Positions 46,290-54,512 are shown, numbered from the stretch's first letter. The stretch is 64,000 nt of DNA from Candidatus Limnocylindrales bacterium (GCA_051306295.1 JBPPMZ010000125.1:453-64452), one strand, 5' to 3'. Numbers and translations: made by a program. Notes: generated by a model from the sequence alone, not told the origin.

Positions 46290-46979
46290 ATGAAGCAAGT
46301 ACTCGGACGAGTCGCGCTTGGCGCGATCATGGTTGCGATCCTTGGTTGTGGCGGGGGGGCCCCGAACCCACTGGCCTCCGGTTCCGCTGCGACCGCACCT
46401 TCGTCGACGACGGCCGGCACCTCGATGGAGGTGCCGAGTGCGCCGGCAGCGGCATCACCATCGGCGACAGCCGATGCGTCATCGCCCGCGGGCCTGCCAT
46501 CTCTGCCCGCGATCTTCTCGAGTCACGCCGATCCGGCACTCGAGGGCCAGCTTCCAGCGGAGGTATCCGGGACCACATTGCAGCACTACAGCCTCACGCT
46601 GTCCGAGGTCCTGGACGCCGGTGGCGACCGGGCATCGATCGACGCCTTCCTCCAGGGGATCGGCAAGACCGAAGCGGACGGAAGCTTTGCGGCTGCCCTC
46701 GATCCAGGCAACGCGCTCGGAGGCGGGATCTTCGCGTTCAAGGTCAAAGGCGCCGATACGGCAACGCTGCTCGCGGGCATCGTGGCCGTCGAGCAATCGG
46801 ATTTGGGCGGTGGTGCGACGACGCGGCAGGCAACCGTCGGCGGCAAGAGCGTGACCATCGTGTCGGTGGGAACGGGCGTCAACGATACGGAGTGGATCTA
46901 CGGACGCGGCGACGTCGTGTTTGTCGTGCACGCAGGCGACGAGACGCACGCGGCTGCCTTCCTCCAGGCGCTTCCGTAA
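46290..46979 (+). CDS. Lipoprotein of unknown family (229 aa)
   Basis: RBS AGGAG and ATG 46290. Signal peptide with lipobox ILGC, then an Ala/Ser/Pro-rich linker and a globular domain. Confidence 0.7.
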   Translation: MKQVLGRVALGAIMVAILGCGGGAPNPLASGSAATAPSSTTAGTSMEVPSAPAAASPSATADASSPAGLPSLPAIFSSHADPALEGQLPAEVSGTTLQHYSLTLSEVLDAGGDRASIDAFLQGIGKTEADGSFAAALDPGNALGGGIFAFKVKGADTATLLAGIVAVEQSDLGGGATTRQATVGGKSVTIVSVGTGVNDTEWIYGRGDVVFVVHAGDETHAAAFLQALP

Positions 46980-47167
46980 CAAGGCACGCCACCTCGTCCA
47001 GCCCAACTCCAATTGTTGGCTCCTTCGATCGGAATCAGCGTGATTCTCGAGTGGGTACCCGCACGCCCAACGTGGCGGGGCGGTCAACCCGGGGCGCCTC
47101 TACACGATCGTTCCATAGTGTTGGGGACGGTCTGCCCATCACTGCGGCCAGGATCCACGCCTCGGCT

Positions 47168-47818
47168 TTAGTGGAGACCGAAGAGCAGCGCCAGCCCAAT
47201 CGCGAGGGGAGGGAGGAAGAGCGTCAAGGGCGGTACGTCGCCTGCGATCACGAAACCCCCCAAGACGAGCAGAGCGAACACGCTCGTTCCGGCTCCAACA
47301 AGCGACGAGACTGGCCCATCGACCGCGAGGGCGAGGCCGACAGCGATGAGACCAGCTGCTCCGAGGACGACGAAGGCGCCATACAGGCCGCCTGCCCACC
47401 GGTCGGCGATCTCGGCCGCCGGGTCAACGATGCCCATCGCCGCGAACCGGCTGGCAACCGTCGGGACCACCGCCAGGCGATGGACGAGCGACGTGGCCCA
47501 GAGCACCGCCGCAACGCTGAAGCTGACGGCCCCGGCGGCCGCCAGCAGGGCGGTCCCCGAGTCGGCAACCTGCGCTGGCACGATGTCGAGCCCGGCGGTC
47601 GTGACGACGGTCCCCGCGAGGAGGCAGAGGTTCGCGAACCGCCAGAGGCCGGGCCGGCCGTGGATCGAGGCGAGGTACTGGTCGGGCGGCACCCGCATCA
47701 CGGTCCAGAAATACGCACCCGCGCCAACGAGGAAAAGGGCGGGCCCGACTACGAGCAGCCAGCCAGTCAGGGTGACGCCGCTCATCGCCGTCCGAGCCTC
47801 GACGGCGTCAGCACTCAT
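47168..47818 (-). CDS. Integral membrane protein of unknown family (about 6 hydrophobic segments)
   Basis: 216-aa ORF (ATG 47818, alternative ATG 47785). Continuous hydrophobic helices; no family recognised. Confidence 0.6.
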   Translation of the reverse strand: MSADAVEARTAMSGVTLTGWLLVVGPALFLVGAGAYFWTVMRVPPDQYLASIHGRPGLWRFANLCLLAGTVVTTAGLDIVPAQVADSGTALLAAAGAVSFSVAAVLWATSLVHRLAVVPTVASRFAAMGIVDPAAEIADRWAGGLYGAFVVLGAAGLIAVGLALAVDGPVSSLVGAGTSVFALLVLGGFVIAGDVPPLTLFLPPLAIGLALLFGLH

Positions 47819-47911
47819 GCATCACCCCACTGGTGCAAACCCCAAGAACTGCGGATAACTGAGAGCTCGTCGCGCCTTGACGGTTTCTCAGTTAGCCCGC
47901 AGACTGCGCCC

Positions 47912-49693
47912 GTGGCCAGCCTATTGGAGACACTCGACCTGATCCGCGACGGCGCGGTGCCCCGCGACCTCGAATCCGAGCAGCTCGAGTTCAAGCAGGA
48001 GGAGTCCGCGGACCCGCGCCGGTCGCTCGAGATGCTCGCCGACGCCGTCGTGTGCCTTGCGAACGCCGAGGGCGGGACGATCGTGGTCGGGGTGGTCGAC
48101 GCCGTCGGCGGCCCCGCGGCGTTTCGGGGCGTCTCGACCCGCCTGACCGCCGACGTGATTCGGAAGGGGATCTTCGACCGCACCCGGCCGTCGCTCTCGG
48201 TGCCGGTCGCGGAGGTCCTCGAGGGCACCGCCCGTCTGGTCGTGATCACCGTCCCGAAGGGGGCGGTCTTCTACGCCAACGCCGCGGGCACCGCGACCCG
48301 GCGCGTGGGGAGCGAGTGCCGGCCCTTCCCGCCCGAGGAGCAGCGGCAGGCGATGGCCGCCCGCGGCCTGTCGGACTGGTCGGCCGAGGCGACAGACCTC
48401 GGGATGGAGGCCGTATCCGCCGACGAGGTCGCCCGCATCCGCAGGCTGCTCCTGCTGGCCGGCCGGGAAGACCTCGCCAGGGCTGACGAGCGCAAGCTCG
48501 CCCGGGACCTGCGCCTGCTCACGTCCCACGGCAAGCTGACGCGGGCAGGACTGCTGGTCCTCGGTGACGCCGAGACGATCGCCGCGGCCATCCCCAACCA
48601 CGGGTTCTCCTACCAGTACCGGGCGAGCCCGGGCAGCGAGTCGACCGCCCGCATCCGATCCACGCGGTCCCTGCTCGCCGCCGTCGAGTCCCTCCTCGAC
48701 GCGGTCGCCGTCCGCAGCCGGGTGCACCCACTTAGCGCGTCGGGCGGCGTCCAGATCCAGATCCATGACTACCCGGCAGACGCCGTCCGCGAGCTCGTGG
48801 TCAACGCGCTCGTCCACCGCGACTACGAGCTCGCGGGCGCGGTCGACGTGGAGCACTCGCCCGACTCGCTGGCTGTCACCAGCCCGGGGGGCCTTGTCTT
48901 CGGGGTCACCCCCGAGAACATCCTCACTCACCCGTCCACGCCACGGAACCGGCTCCTGCTCGAGACGGTCACGGCGCTGCAGGTCGCGGAGCGGACGGGC
49001 CAGGGGATCGACCGCGCGTACCGGGAGCTGCTCCGCACCGGGAAGGTCCCGCCCACCTTCGGCGACGACGGATACCAGGTACGCGTCCTCGTCCAGGGCG
49101 GGACCGGCAACGACGCGTTCGCGCGGTTCGTCGCTGAGCTCGCGCCGGAGCTCGGGGGTGACGTTGACGTCCTCCTGGCACTGTCGCATCTCCGCGACGC
49201 GCGCAACATCGACGCCGCCCGGCTCGCCGCGATCGCCCAGCGGTCGACGAGCGAGGCGCAGGGCGTGCTCGAGCGGCTGGCCCTGGCGCGGCTCGTCGCG
49301 CCGACTGCCCGGACGGCAGCTCGGGCGCTCCCTACGTACGTCCTCACCGGCTCTACGCTGGCCAGCCTGGGCAGGGCGGTGCGCTATCACGTGCGCCGGG
49401 CCGATGAGACCGACCGCAAGGTCGCCGATCACATCCGCGAGTACGGCCACGTCACCAACCAGACGCTGCGGCGCATGTTCGACGTCGACGTCGCGGGGGC
49501 CAGGGATCTGCTGCGGGCACTGCAGCAGCGGGGGGTGATCGTCAAGCTGGACCAGGGCCGCGGCGGACCCGGAATCCGGTACGGCCGCGGACCGAAGATG
49601 CCGGCGGGCGAGAGCCGCCCCTCGAGGACGGCCCGCGGCGAGCCGGCCGATCAGCTGGCGCTTGACGAGCTCGAGCGGGCCTCCGACGAGTAG
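47912..49693 (+). CDS. COG2865-type protein: Schlafen/AlbA_2 divergent-AAA domain + HATPase_c_4 + C-terminal wHTH
   Basis: ESEQLEFKQE...ANAEGGTIVVGV (AlbA_2 pattern). AVRELVVNALVHRDY...TPRNRLL...ERTGQGIDR (HATPase_c_4 pattern). C-terminal wHTH (VTNQTLRRMFDVDVAGARDLLRALQQRGVI). Start at GTG 47912 or TTG 47924. Only the 3' half of the 1152-aa track ORF is coding. Confidence 0.75.
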   Translation: MASLLETLDLIRDGAVPRDLESEQLEFKQEESADPRRSLEMLADAVVCLANAEGGTIVVGVVDAVGGPAAFRGVSTRLTADVIRKGIFDRTRPSLSVPVAEVLEGTARLVVITVPKGAVFYANAAGTATRRVGSECRPFPPEEQRQAMAARGLSDWSAEATDLGMEAVSADEVARIRRLLLLAGREDLARADERKLARDLRLLTSHGKLTRAGLLVLGDAETIAAAIPNHGFSYQYRASPGSESTARIRSTRSLLAAVESLLDAVAVRSRVHPLSASGGVQIQIHDYPADAVRELVVNALVHRDYELAGAVDVEHSPDSLAVTSPGGLVFGVTPENILTHPSTPRNRLLLETVTALQVAERTGQGIDRAYRELLRTGKVPPTFGDDGYQVRVLVQGGTGNDAFARFVAELAPELGGDVDVLLALSHLRDARNIDAARLAAIAQRSTSEAQGVLERLALARLVAPTARTAARALPTYVLTGSTLASLGRAVRYHVRRADETDRKVADHIREYGHVTNQTLRRMFDVDVAGARDLLRALQQRGVIVKLDQGRGGPGIRYGRGPKMPAGESRPSRTARGEPADQLALDELERASDE

Positions 49694-50085
49694 CCCACGT
49701 CGCCACCCGCATGGGCGCCGGCCGCCCAGCCCGGGCCGCCTCGAGCTCGGTGGGTGGGATCGGCCAAGGCCTGGGCCAAGGCGCCCCTCCGGCGCCCCGT
49801 GGCGCCCGGCGGCGAAGACGCCCCGATCCATCTCCTCCTCAGGCTCCGGGAGCAGCGGAGCCAGATCCACACGAGCTGCTTGGTCGTTGGCGCACGCATC
49901 TTGGACCGGGCGCTCGCCAGGTGGTGCCTGACGGTCGAGTTAGACAGGCCCAGGCGGTGGGCGAATACGCTGTCGCTGTGTCGCCCGCACGATCCGGTGA
50001 GGACCCGCGGAAGCGCCCCGTCAGATGCGCTCGTACACGCCAAGCACGGCGAGGATTCGCCCTTCGGCGCTGTTGCGCGCGACAT
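49651..50085 (-). pseudogene. LuxR-type HTH paralog 1, frameshifted just after the HTH relative to paralogs 2 and 3
   Basis: HRLGLSNSTVRHHLASARSKMRAPTTKQLVWI matches paralog 3. Nucleotide alignment shows ATC-TGGCTCCG here versus ATCCTGGCCCCG in paralog 3 (one nt missing); the corrected frame would read ILAPLLPEPEEE. No clean start downstream of the methyltransferase stop. Confidence 0.5.
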
Positions 50086-50851
50086 TCGCGCCCATCTGCG
50101 GACCGCTCGGTCCGTTCAGGAGGCCGGGGTTGAGCGCTGGATGCGAGGACCCTTTGCCGGTCTGCGAGTCCGGGCGATCGAGCTCCGCCTCAAGGTCGTC
50201 GCCGACCATCCATGCGATCTCGCGGAAGCCGGACTGGGCGATCAGGGCGCGGGTCTCGTCGGGCGCCAGGAGGAAGTTGAAGGACGCGTCGGACGCCCAC
50301 GGAACCGGGAAGTGAATCGGCTGGTTGGGCCCTGCGAGGACGTCGAAGAACGCCAGCCGGCCGCCGACTCGGACGACCCGGGCCATCTCCCGGTAGAGGC
50401 CTGCCTTGTCGTCGATGTTCATCGATGCGTGCTGCGTCCACGCGACGTCGAAGCTGCCATCAGGAAAGGGCATGGCGAGCGCGTTCCCGCAGACGAACGA
50501 GACCTTGTCCGCGAGGTTCGTCCAGGCAGTCAGCGTCTCACCCACGGCGCAGTACTCTGCGGTCAGGTCCAGGACCGTAACGCGGCAGCCAGTCCGATGC
50601 GCGAGCTGGCGGGCCGGGCCGCCGATGCCACCCCCGACGTCGAGCACGCTGTCTTCGGCGCTGATCGCGGCCGCGCGCGCCAACGCCAGGGTGCCGGCCA
50701 GTCGGTGCCAATGGTAGTTGTCGACCGGTGCCAGTTCATCGACCGTGACTCGCGTCGGATCGATCCCGTTCCGGCGGATCTCCGCCTCGATGGTCTCCAT
50801 CAGCCCGGACCATCCGTAGTGGCGGCTGACCCGCTCGTCGATCTCGTTCAT
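50021..50851 (-). CDS. Class I SAM-dependent methyltransferase
   Basis: ATG 50851 with RBS AGGAGG. Motif I VLDVGGGIGGPARQLA. Methyltransf_11-like core. Confidence 0.8.
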   Translation of the reverse strand: MNEIDERVSRHYGWSGLMETIEAEIRRNGIDPTRVTVDELAPVDNYHWHRLAGTLALARAAAISAEDSVLDVGGGIGGPARQLAHRTGCRVTVLDLTAEYCAVGETLTAWTNLADKVSFVCGNALAMPFPDGSFDVAWTQHASMNIDDKAGLYREMARVVRVGGRLAFFDVLAGPNQPIHFPVPWASDASFNFLLAPDETRALIAQSGFREIAWMVGDDLEAELDRPDSQTGKGSSHPALNPGLLNGPSGPQMGANVARNSAEGRILAVLGVYERI

Positions 50852-50936
50852 CGAACCTCCTGGGCGCACCGATCCCTCTCTCCTTGAAGCAAACGCAATC
50901 CTCTCCGTCAGCTGGCACCGAGTCAACCGTGCACGT

Positions 50937-51126
50937 CTATCGGACGGGGTCATCAGCCGCCCGGGATGAATGTTCGACGCCCTGCGCTTCACCTTCGGCA
51001 TCAGGCAGCCGCGCGCCAAGGATCCACACCAGCTGCGCCGTGGTCGTCGCCCCGACCTTGGACCGTGCCTTCGCCAGGTGGTGCTTCACGGTCGAGTGCG
51101 AAGGGCAGAGGTGGTAGGCCGGGCAA
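50937..51126 (-). pseudogene. LuxR-type HTH paralog 2, 5'-truncated fragment
   Basis: Translation LPGLHLCPSHSTVKHHLAKARSKVGATTTAQLVWILGARLPDAEGE parallels paralog 3 but lacks the first helix. An in-frame stop lies at 51139-51141. Confidence 0.45.
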
Positions 51127-51197
51127 GGACTCGCGCGCTCAGTCAGCTTTCAAGAATGTCACGTGAACCCGGCCGCTGGGACAACCCAAGGGACAGA

Positions 51198-52553
51198 TCA
51201 GACATCCGCGGGCGGGATGTTCGCGTTGAAGCGGAAACGGTTCGCGGGATCGAGGCGCCGCTTGAGCTGCTGAAGTCGAGCCCACGAGTCCGGCGGGTAT
51301 GCCGCCGCCACCCGCGCCGCCGTCTGGTCGAGCTCGGGGTAGTTGAGGTAGCCGCCGCCTCGGAGCGAGAGCGGCGAGACACGATCGGCGAACCGGCGTG
51401 CCCAGGCGATCTCCGCCTCGTCGTCCGCCGGGTCGCTCCAGATCGCGAGCGCGGTCACGTTTGCCACAGCGGCCCGGCCGCCGAACGCAGCCGACGACTC
51501 CGGGATCCGATGCGCCCGGCCGTGGATGAGCTCGACGAGCGCGAATGACTCGTTCGTCTCCTCGGATGCAGACGCGATCAGGGCGTCGGCGAGGGTCTCG
51601 TCCAGGCGCCCGACGAGATGGCCCTTCCAGTACTGCCGGAGCCCGAACGGGATCGGCTGGTACAGGGACTGCTGCTGGAGCCAGCTCATCGCCTTGAGGT
51701 CGGTTTCATAGCAGGCGGGATGGCCTGCGAGGGCACGGATCGCCGCGGCTCCGCCCTCCGGATCGCCGCGCCATCCGACGTTCACCGAGATGCCGGGCGA
51801 GCCGTCCTCGGCGCGCCACGCGACGATCGCGAGGACGAGTTCGTCGGGCGCCGACGCCTCGACCTCGAACGTCCGAAGGATCGCCTCGCGGAGGGCGGGG
51901 CCACGGAACCGGAGGCGACCGCCGAACATCGCTGGCACCGGCGTCAGCGCATACCGCAGATGCGTGACGATGCCGAAGTTGCCGCCGCCGCCGCGAAGGC
52001 CCCACAGCACCTCGGGCTCGCGCTCCTCGTCGACCTCGAGCACGTCCCCGTCCGCCGTCACGAGCTGGGCGCCGATCAGCGCGTCGCACGCGAACCCCTC
52101 CGACGACAGGAGCCAGCTGATCCCGCCGGTCAGGGTCAAACCACCGATCCCGGTGTCGATGAAGGTCCCGGACGGCGCAGCCAAGCCGTGGGCGAAGGTT
52201 GCCGCGTCGAGGTCCATCAACCGGGACCCCGCGAGCGCGTCCGCCGTTTTCGCAGCCGGGTCGACCGTCGCTCCGCGCCACCGCGACAGGTCGATGAGGA
52301 GCGCTCCGTTCGGAGAGGAGTGGCCCGCGACGCTGTGGCCGCCGCCCCGAACGCCGATCGCGAGACCCGACTCCCCTGCCCAACGCACCGCAGCGATGAT
52401 GTCGGGCAGGTCGGCGGGCCGGAGAATTGACACCGGACGTCCGGTCGCCATCGCGTTGTACGCCGCTCGAGCCGCCTCGTACCCTCCGTCGCCCGGCTCC
52501 ATAACTTCGCCGCGCGTCCGCCCGCGGAGATCACGAACCGCCTCGCTCAGCAT
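51198..52553 (-). CDS. FAD-linked oxidase (PCMH-type FAD binding domain + BBE-like C-terminus)
   Basis: ATG 52553 lies 7 nt after GGAGGA. IGVRGGGHSVAGHS FAD motif. C-terminal GGYLNYPE...RLDPANRFRFNANI BBE-type signature. Confidence 0.85.
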   Translation of the reverse strand: MLSEAVRDLRGRTRGEVMEPGDGGYEAARAAYNAMATGRPVSILRPADLPDIIAAVRWAGESGLAIGVRGGGHSVAGHSSPNGALLIDLSRWRGATVDPAAKTADALAGSRLMDLDAATFAHGLAAPSGTFIDTGIGGLTLTGGISWLLSSEGFACDALIGAQLVTADGDVLEVDEEREPEVLWGLRGGGGNFGIVTHLRYALTPVPAMFGGRLRFRGPALREAILRTFEVEASAPDELVLAIVAWRAEDGSPGISVNVGWRGDPEGGAAAIRALAGHPACYETDLKAMSWLQQQSLYQPIPFGLRQYWKGHLVGRLDETLADALIASASEETNESFALVELIHGRAHRIPESSAAFGGRAAVANVTALAIWSDPADDEAEIAWARRFADRVSPLSLRGGGYLNYPELDQTAARVAAAYPPDSWARLQQLKRRLDPANRFRFNANIPPADV

Positions 52554-52607
52554 CGGCACTCCTCCATTTTGATCACGCAGTCGATTGTGCAGTGGACCGA
52601 ACCGGTG

Positions 52608-53027
52608 TCAATCCGCAGAACTCACCGTCGCTCGAATCGGACGTTCGGGACCACCGTGTGGATGAAGGGCGTCGGCGGACTCTTCGCTCAGCGTGACCTC
52701 ACGTGACGGGGCAAGCGCCTCCACGACCGGAGCTATGGGCACGATGCGCGCGGGGCGGACCGGCACAGGACGATCCCTTCGCGAAGTCCGCTGTTCGTCC
52801 GTTGAGCTCGAGTCCTCGGGCTCGGGCAGACGCGGGGCCAGGATCCAGACGAGCTGCGCCGTCGTGGTCACCCCAACCTTCGACCGGGCATTCGCCAGGT
52901 GATGCTTCACGGTCGAGTGCGACAGGCCGAGGCGGTGGGCGGCCGCCTTTTCCGATCCGGCAGCGACGACGGCCGCGACCACGCTGACCTCCCGGTCAGT
53001 CGCGCGAGCCGGAGCCCGTTCCCTCAC
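52608..53027 (-). CDS. Small LuxR-type HTH protein (paralog 3; HTH N-terminal, about 75-aa non-HTH tail)
   Basis: GTG 53027. TDREVSVVAAVVAAGSEKAAAHRLGLSHSTVKHHLANARSKVGVTTTAQLVWIL. The track ORF runs on to 53246 through the att-like repeat, which is probably non-coding. Confidence 0.55.
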   Translation of the reverse strand: MRERAPARATDREVSVVAAVVAAGSEKAAAHRLGLSHSTVKHHLANARSKVGVTTTAQLVWILAPRLPEPEDSSSTDEQRTSRRDRPVPVRPARIVPIAPVVEALAPSREVTLSEESADALHPHGGPERPIRATVSSAD

Positions 53028-53104
53028 GCGAGCCGCCTCGCCGCAGCCAGCCACTCGTCCCGGCCCTGGATCGGGATCTCGTAGGTTGCTAACGCGCGCC
53101 CAAC

Positions 53105-53123
53105 ACCTGTCGGGCGCGCCATT
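53105..53123 (+). repeat. att-like repeat copy 3 (CCTGTCGGGCGCGCCATTG)
   Basis: 19/19 identical to 35021-35039. Preceded by GCGCGCC (53094-53100), which can pair with GGCGCGC (53112-53118). The following ~55 nt resemble 36371-36425. Confidence 0.85.
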
Positions 53124-53408
53124 GACAGCCTCGGGCAGTCCCAAGGCGAGTCCGTGGGCGTAAGCCGCCGCGGTAGGCCGAACACCGACGATCTCGGGCG
53201 CAGCCATCGTGATCCGCTCGTAGGCGGGCTCCGAGAAGAACCGCATGAAAGGCCGCGTCGCTGCGGCGAGCGCTTGGACTCAGGCCGAGCTCATTTCGTC
53301 GCTCATCGGGGCGTCTCCGTCAGCTTCACGATGACCCTCGCGAACCCTGCCGGGACCGGACGGTCCGCACAGGGTCGGCGAATGTCGGACCGAACCTGCC
53401 ACACGACG

Positions 53409-53969
53409 TCAGGCGACCGCTGCGCTCTGGAAGACGTCCGCGAAGTCGCGGGCGAACTGCTCGAACGACCGGGCGGGGTGGCCCGTCAGCGTTGCCACGT
53501 TGCCCGTGATCTGGCTGGCGAACCCTTCGCTGAAGCCTTCCGACAACTCGATGAACCCGCGCGAGACCCATTCCGGGAACCCCATCCCTGTCATCGACTG
53601 CAGCGCGGCTTCGCCCGGCACCGGGACGTAGGTGATATCCCTGCCGAGGACGGCGGAGAACGTGGCCGCCACTTCGTGGAACGAGATGCCGCGGGGCCCG
53701 TCAGGACGTACCTCTGGCCTTCGTGACCGTCCTCGGTCAGCACGGACACGGCGACGTCGACGATGTCGCGGACGTCGATCATGCCGAGCCGGCCATCCTT
53801 CATGTCCCAGTAGATGACGCCGTCAGTTGGCTTGCAGCGGTCGTGCCTTCGCCTCGTCGCGCACGAGCACGCGCACGTCGACACCCGCCGCGAATAGCGC
53901 GGAGACGAGTCCCGGGCCGGTGTTGCCGGTCGCTCCCGTGACGAGGACCTTGCCGGTGGTTGCCGTGGT
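53409..53969 (-). pseudogene. NmrA-family NAD(P)-binding protein, decayed (no start, internal deletion, frameshift)
   Basis: Family-like pieces lie in three frames: KVLVTGATGNTGPGLVSALFAAGVDVRVLVRD; DGVIYWDMKDGRLGMIDVRDIVDVAVSVLTEDGHEGQRYVLTGP; GISFHEVAATFSAVLGRDITYVPVPGEAALQ...FARDFADVF. About 100 residues expected between pieces 1 and 2 are absent. Confidence 0.7.
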
Positions 53970-54098
53970 TCGAGTCTCCTTGGTCGGACGGGCTCGGGCC
54001 CCTGATCCTGGACCAGGGCGGCACCGAGTCGGCGGGTGGTACGGGCCGCGAAGCCGCCTGCTGGCCGGGGCGGGCAGGCGGCTCCGAGCGAGCACGGA

Positions 54099-54368
54099 TC
54101 AGGCGCGCTGGGCGAACCAGATCGTGGGTGCGCCGACGACGCCGGCGTCGTGCATCGCGCTTCGCAGCTCGGGGCTCCCGGCGAAGGCCTGGGCCGCCTC
54201 CAGGGTCGCGAAGTCGTGGGTCACGGTGATCTCGTTGGGGTTGTCGGCGGCCTGGTAGACCGTGTCGGCCTGGACGCCGAGCGTCCTCGCCTTCGGCTGG
54301 AACGCGTCGTAGGCCTGGCGCCATGCCGCGTAATCGGCAGCCTCGTGTCGCACGAAGAGCGTGGTCAT
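54099..54368 (-). CDS. Small ferredoxin-fold-like hypothetical protein (89 aa)
   Basis: ATG 54368. MTTLFVRHEAADYAAWRQAYDAF...ITVTHDFATLEAAQAFAGSPELRSAMHDAGVVGAPTIWF resembles a widespread small actinobacterial family of unknown function. Confidence 0.6.
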   Translation of the reverse strand: MTTLFVRHEAADYAAWRQAYDAFQPKARTLGVQADTVYQAADNPNEITVTHDFATLEAAQAFAGSPELRSAMHDAGVVGAPTIWFAQRA

Positions 54369-54482
54369 GGTGGTGGCTCCCTGTCGTCGAGGGCCACGGT
54401 GGGTATGTCTCACCGTCGGTCCTGCATACGAGTGTACAGGCAACTACTGCAATGTCAATCAGTGCGCCGACAGTTATTGTCG

Positions 54483-54502
54483 TACCAGAGACTGATCTGG
54501 TA
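54483..54502. promoter_or_regulatory. Inverted repeat TACCAGA-N6-TCTGGTA overlapping a TATACT -10-like box (candidate MarR operator)
   Basis: Perfect 7-bp arms. TATACT (54501-54506) ends 6 nt before ATG 54513, suggesting a leaderless transcript. Confidence 0.45.
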
Positions 54503-54512
54503 TACTCCGCCC

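Noticed and set aside
46235-47911. 5' two thirds of the 1152-aa plus-strand track ORF
   Set aside because: This part overlaps the real lipoprotein gene (46290-46979, another frame) and the minus-strand membrane gene (47168-47818), and reads as Arg/Gly-rich nonsense. Only 47912-49693 shows domain-like sequence.
47921-49870. 649-aa minus-strand ORF opposite the Schlafen/AlbA_2 gene
   Set aside because: Antisense artefact. However, its first ~15 codons (MDLAPLLPEPEEEMD) correspond to the frameshift-corrected tail of LuxR paralog 1, and that observation is used in the findings.
36371-53104. Searched the inter-repeat block for a tyrosine/serine recombinase, excisionase, conjugation or phage structural genes
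   Set aside because: No ORF in any frame shows the R..HxxR..Y integrase pattern or other mobility-gene features. The only mobility gene nearby is the IS481 transposase outside this block, so the element cannot be called a functional ICE or prophage.
53028-53246. Upstream extension of the LuxR paralog 3 ORF through att-like repeat copy 3
   Set aside because: The extension crosses the tRNA-derived repeat and the segment shared with 36371-36425. An HTH domain start with in-frame GTG 53027 is sufficient, and open frames of this length are common by chance at this GC content.
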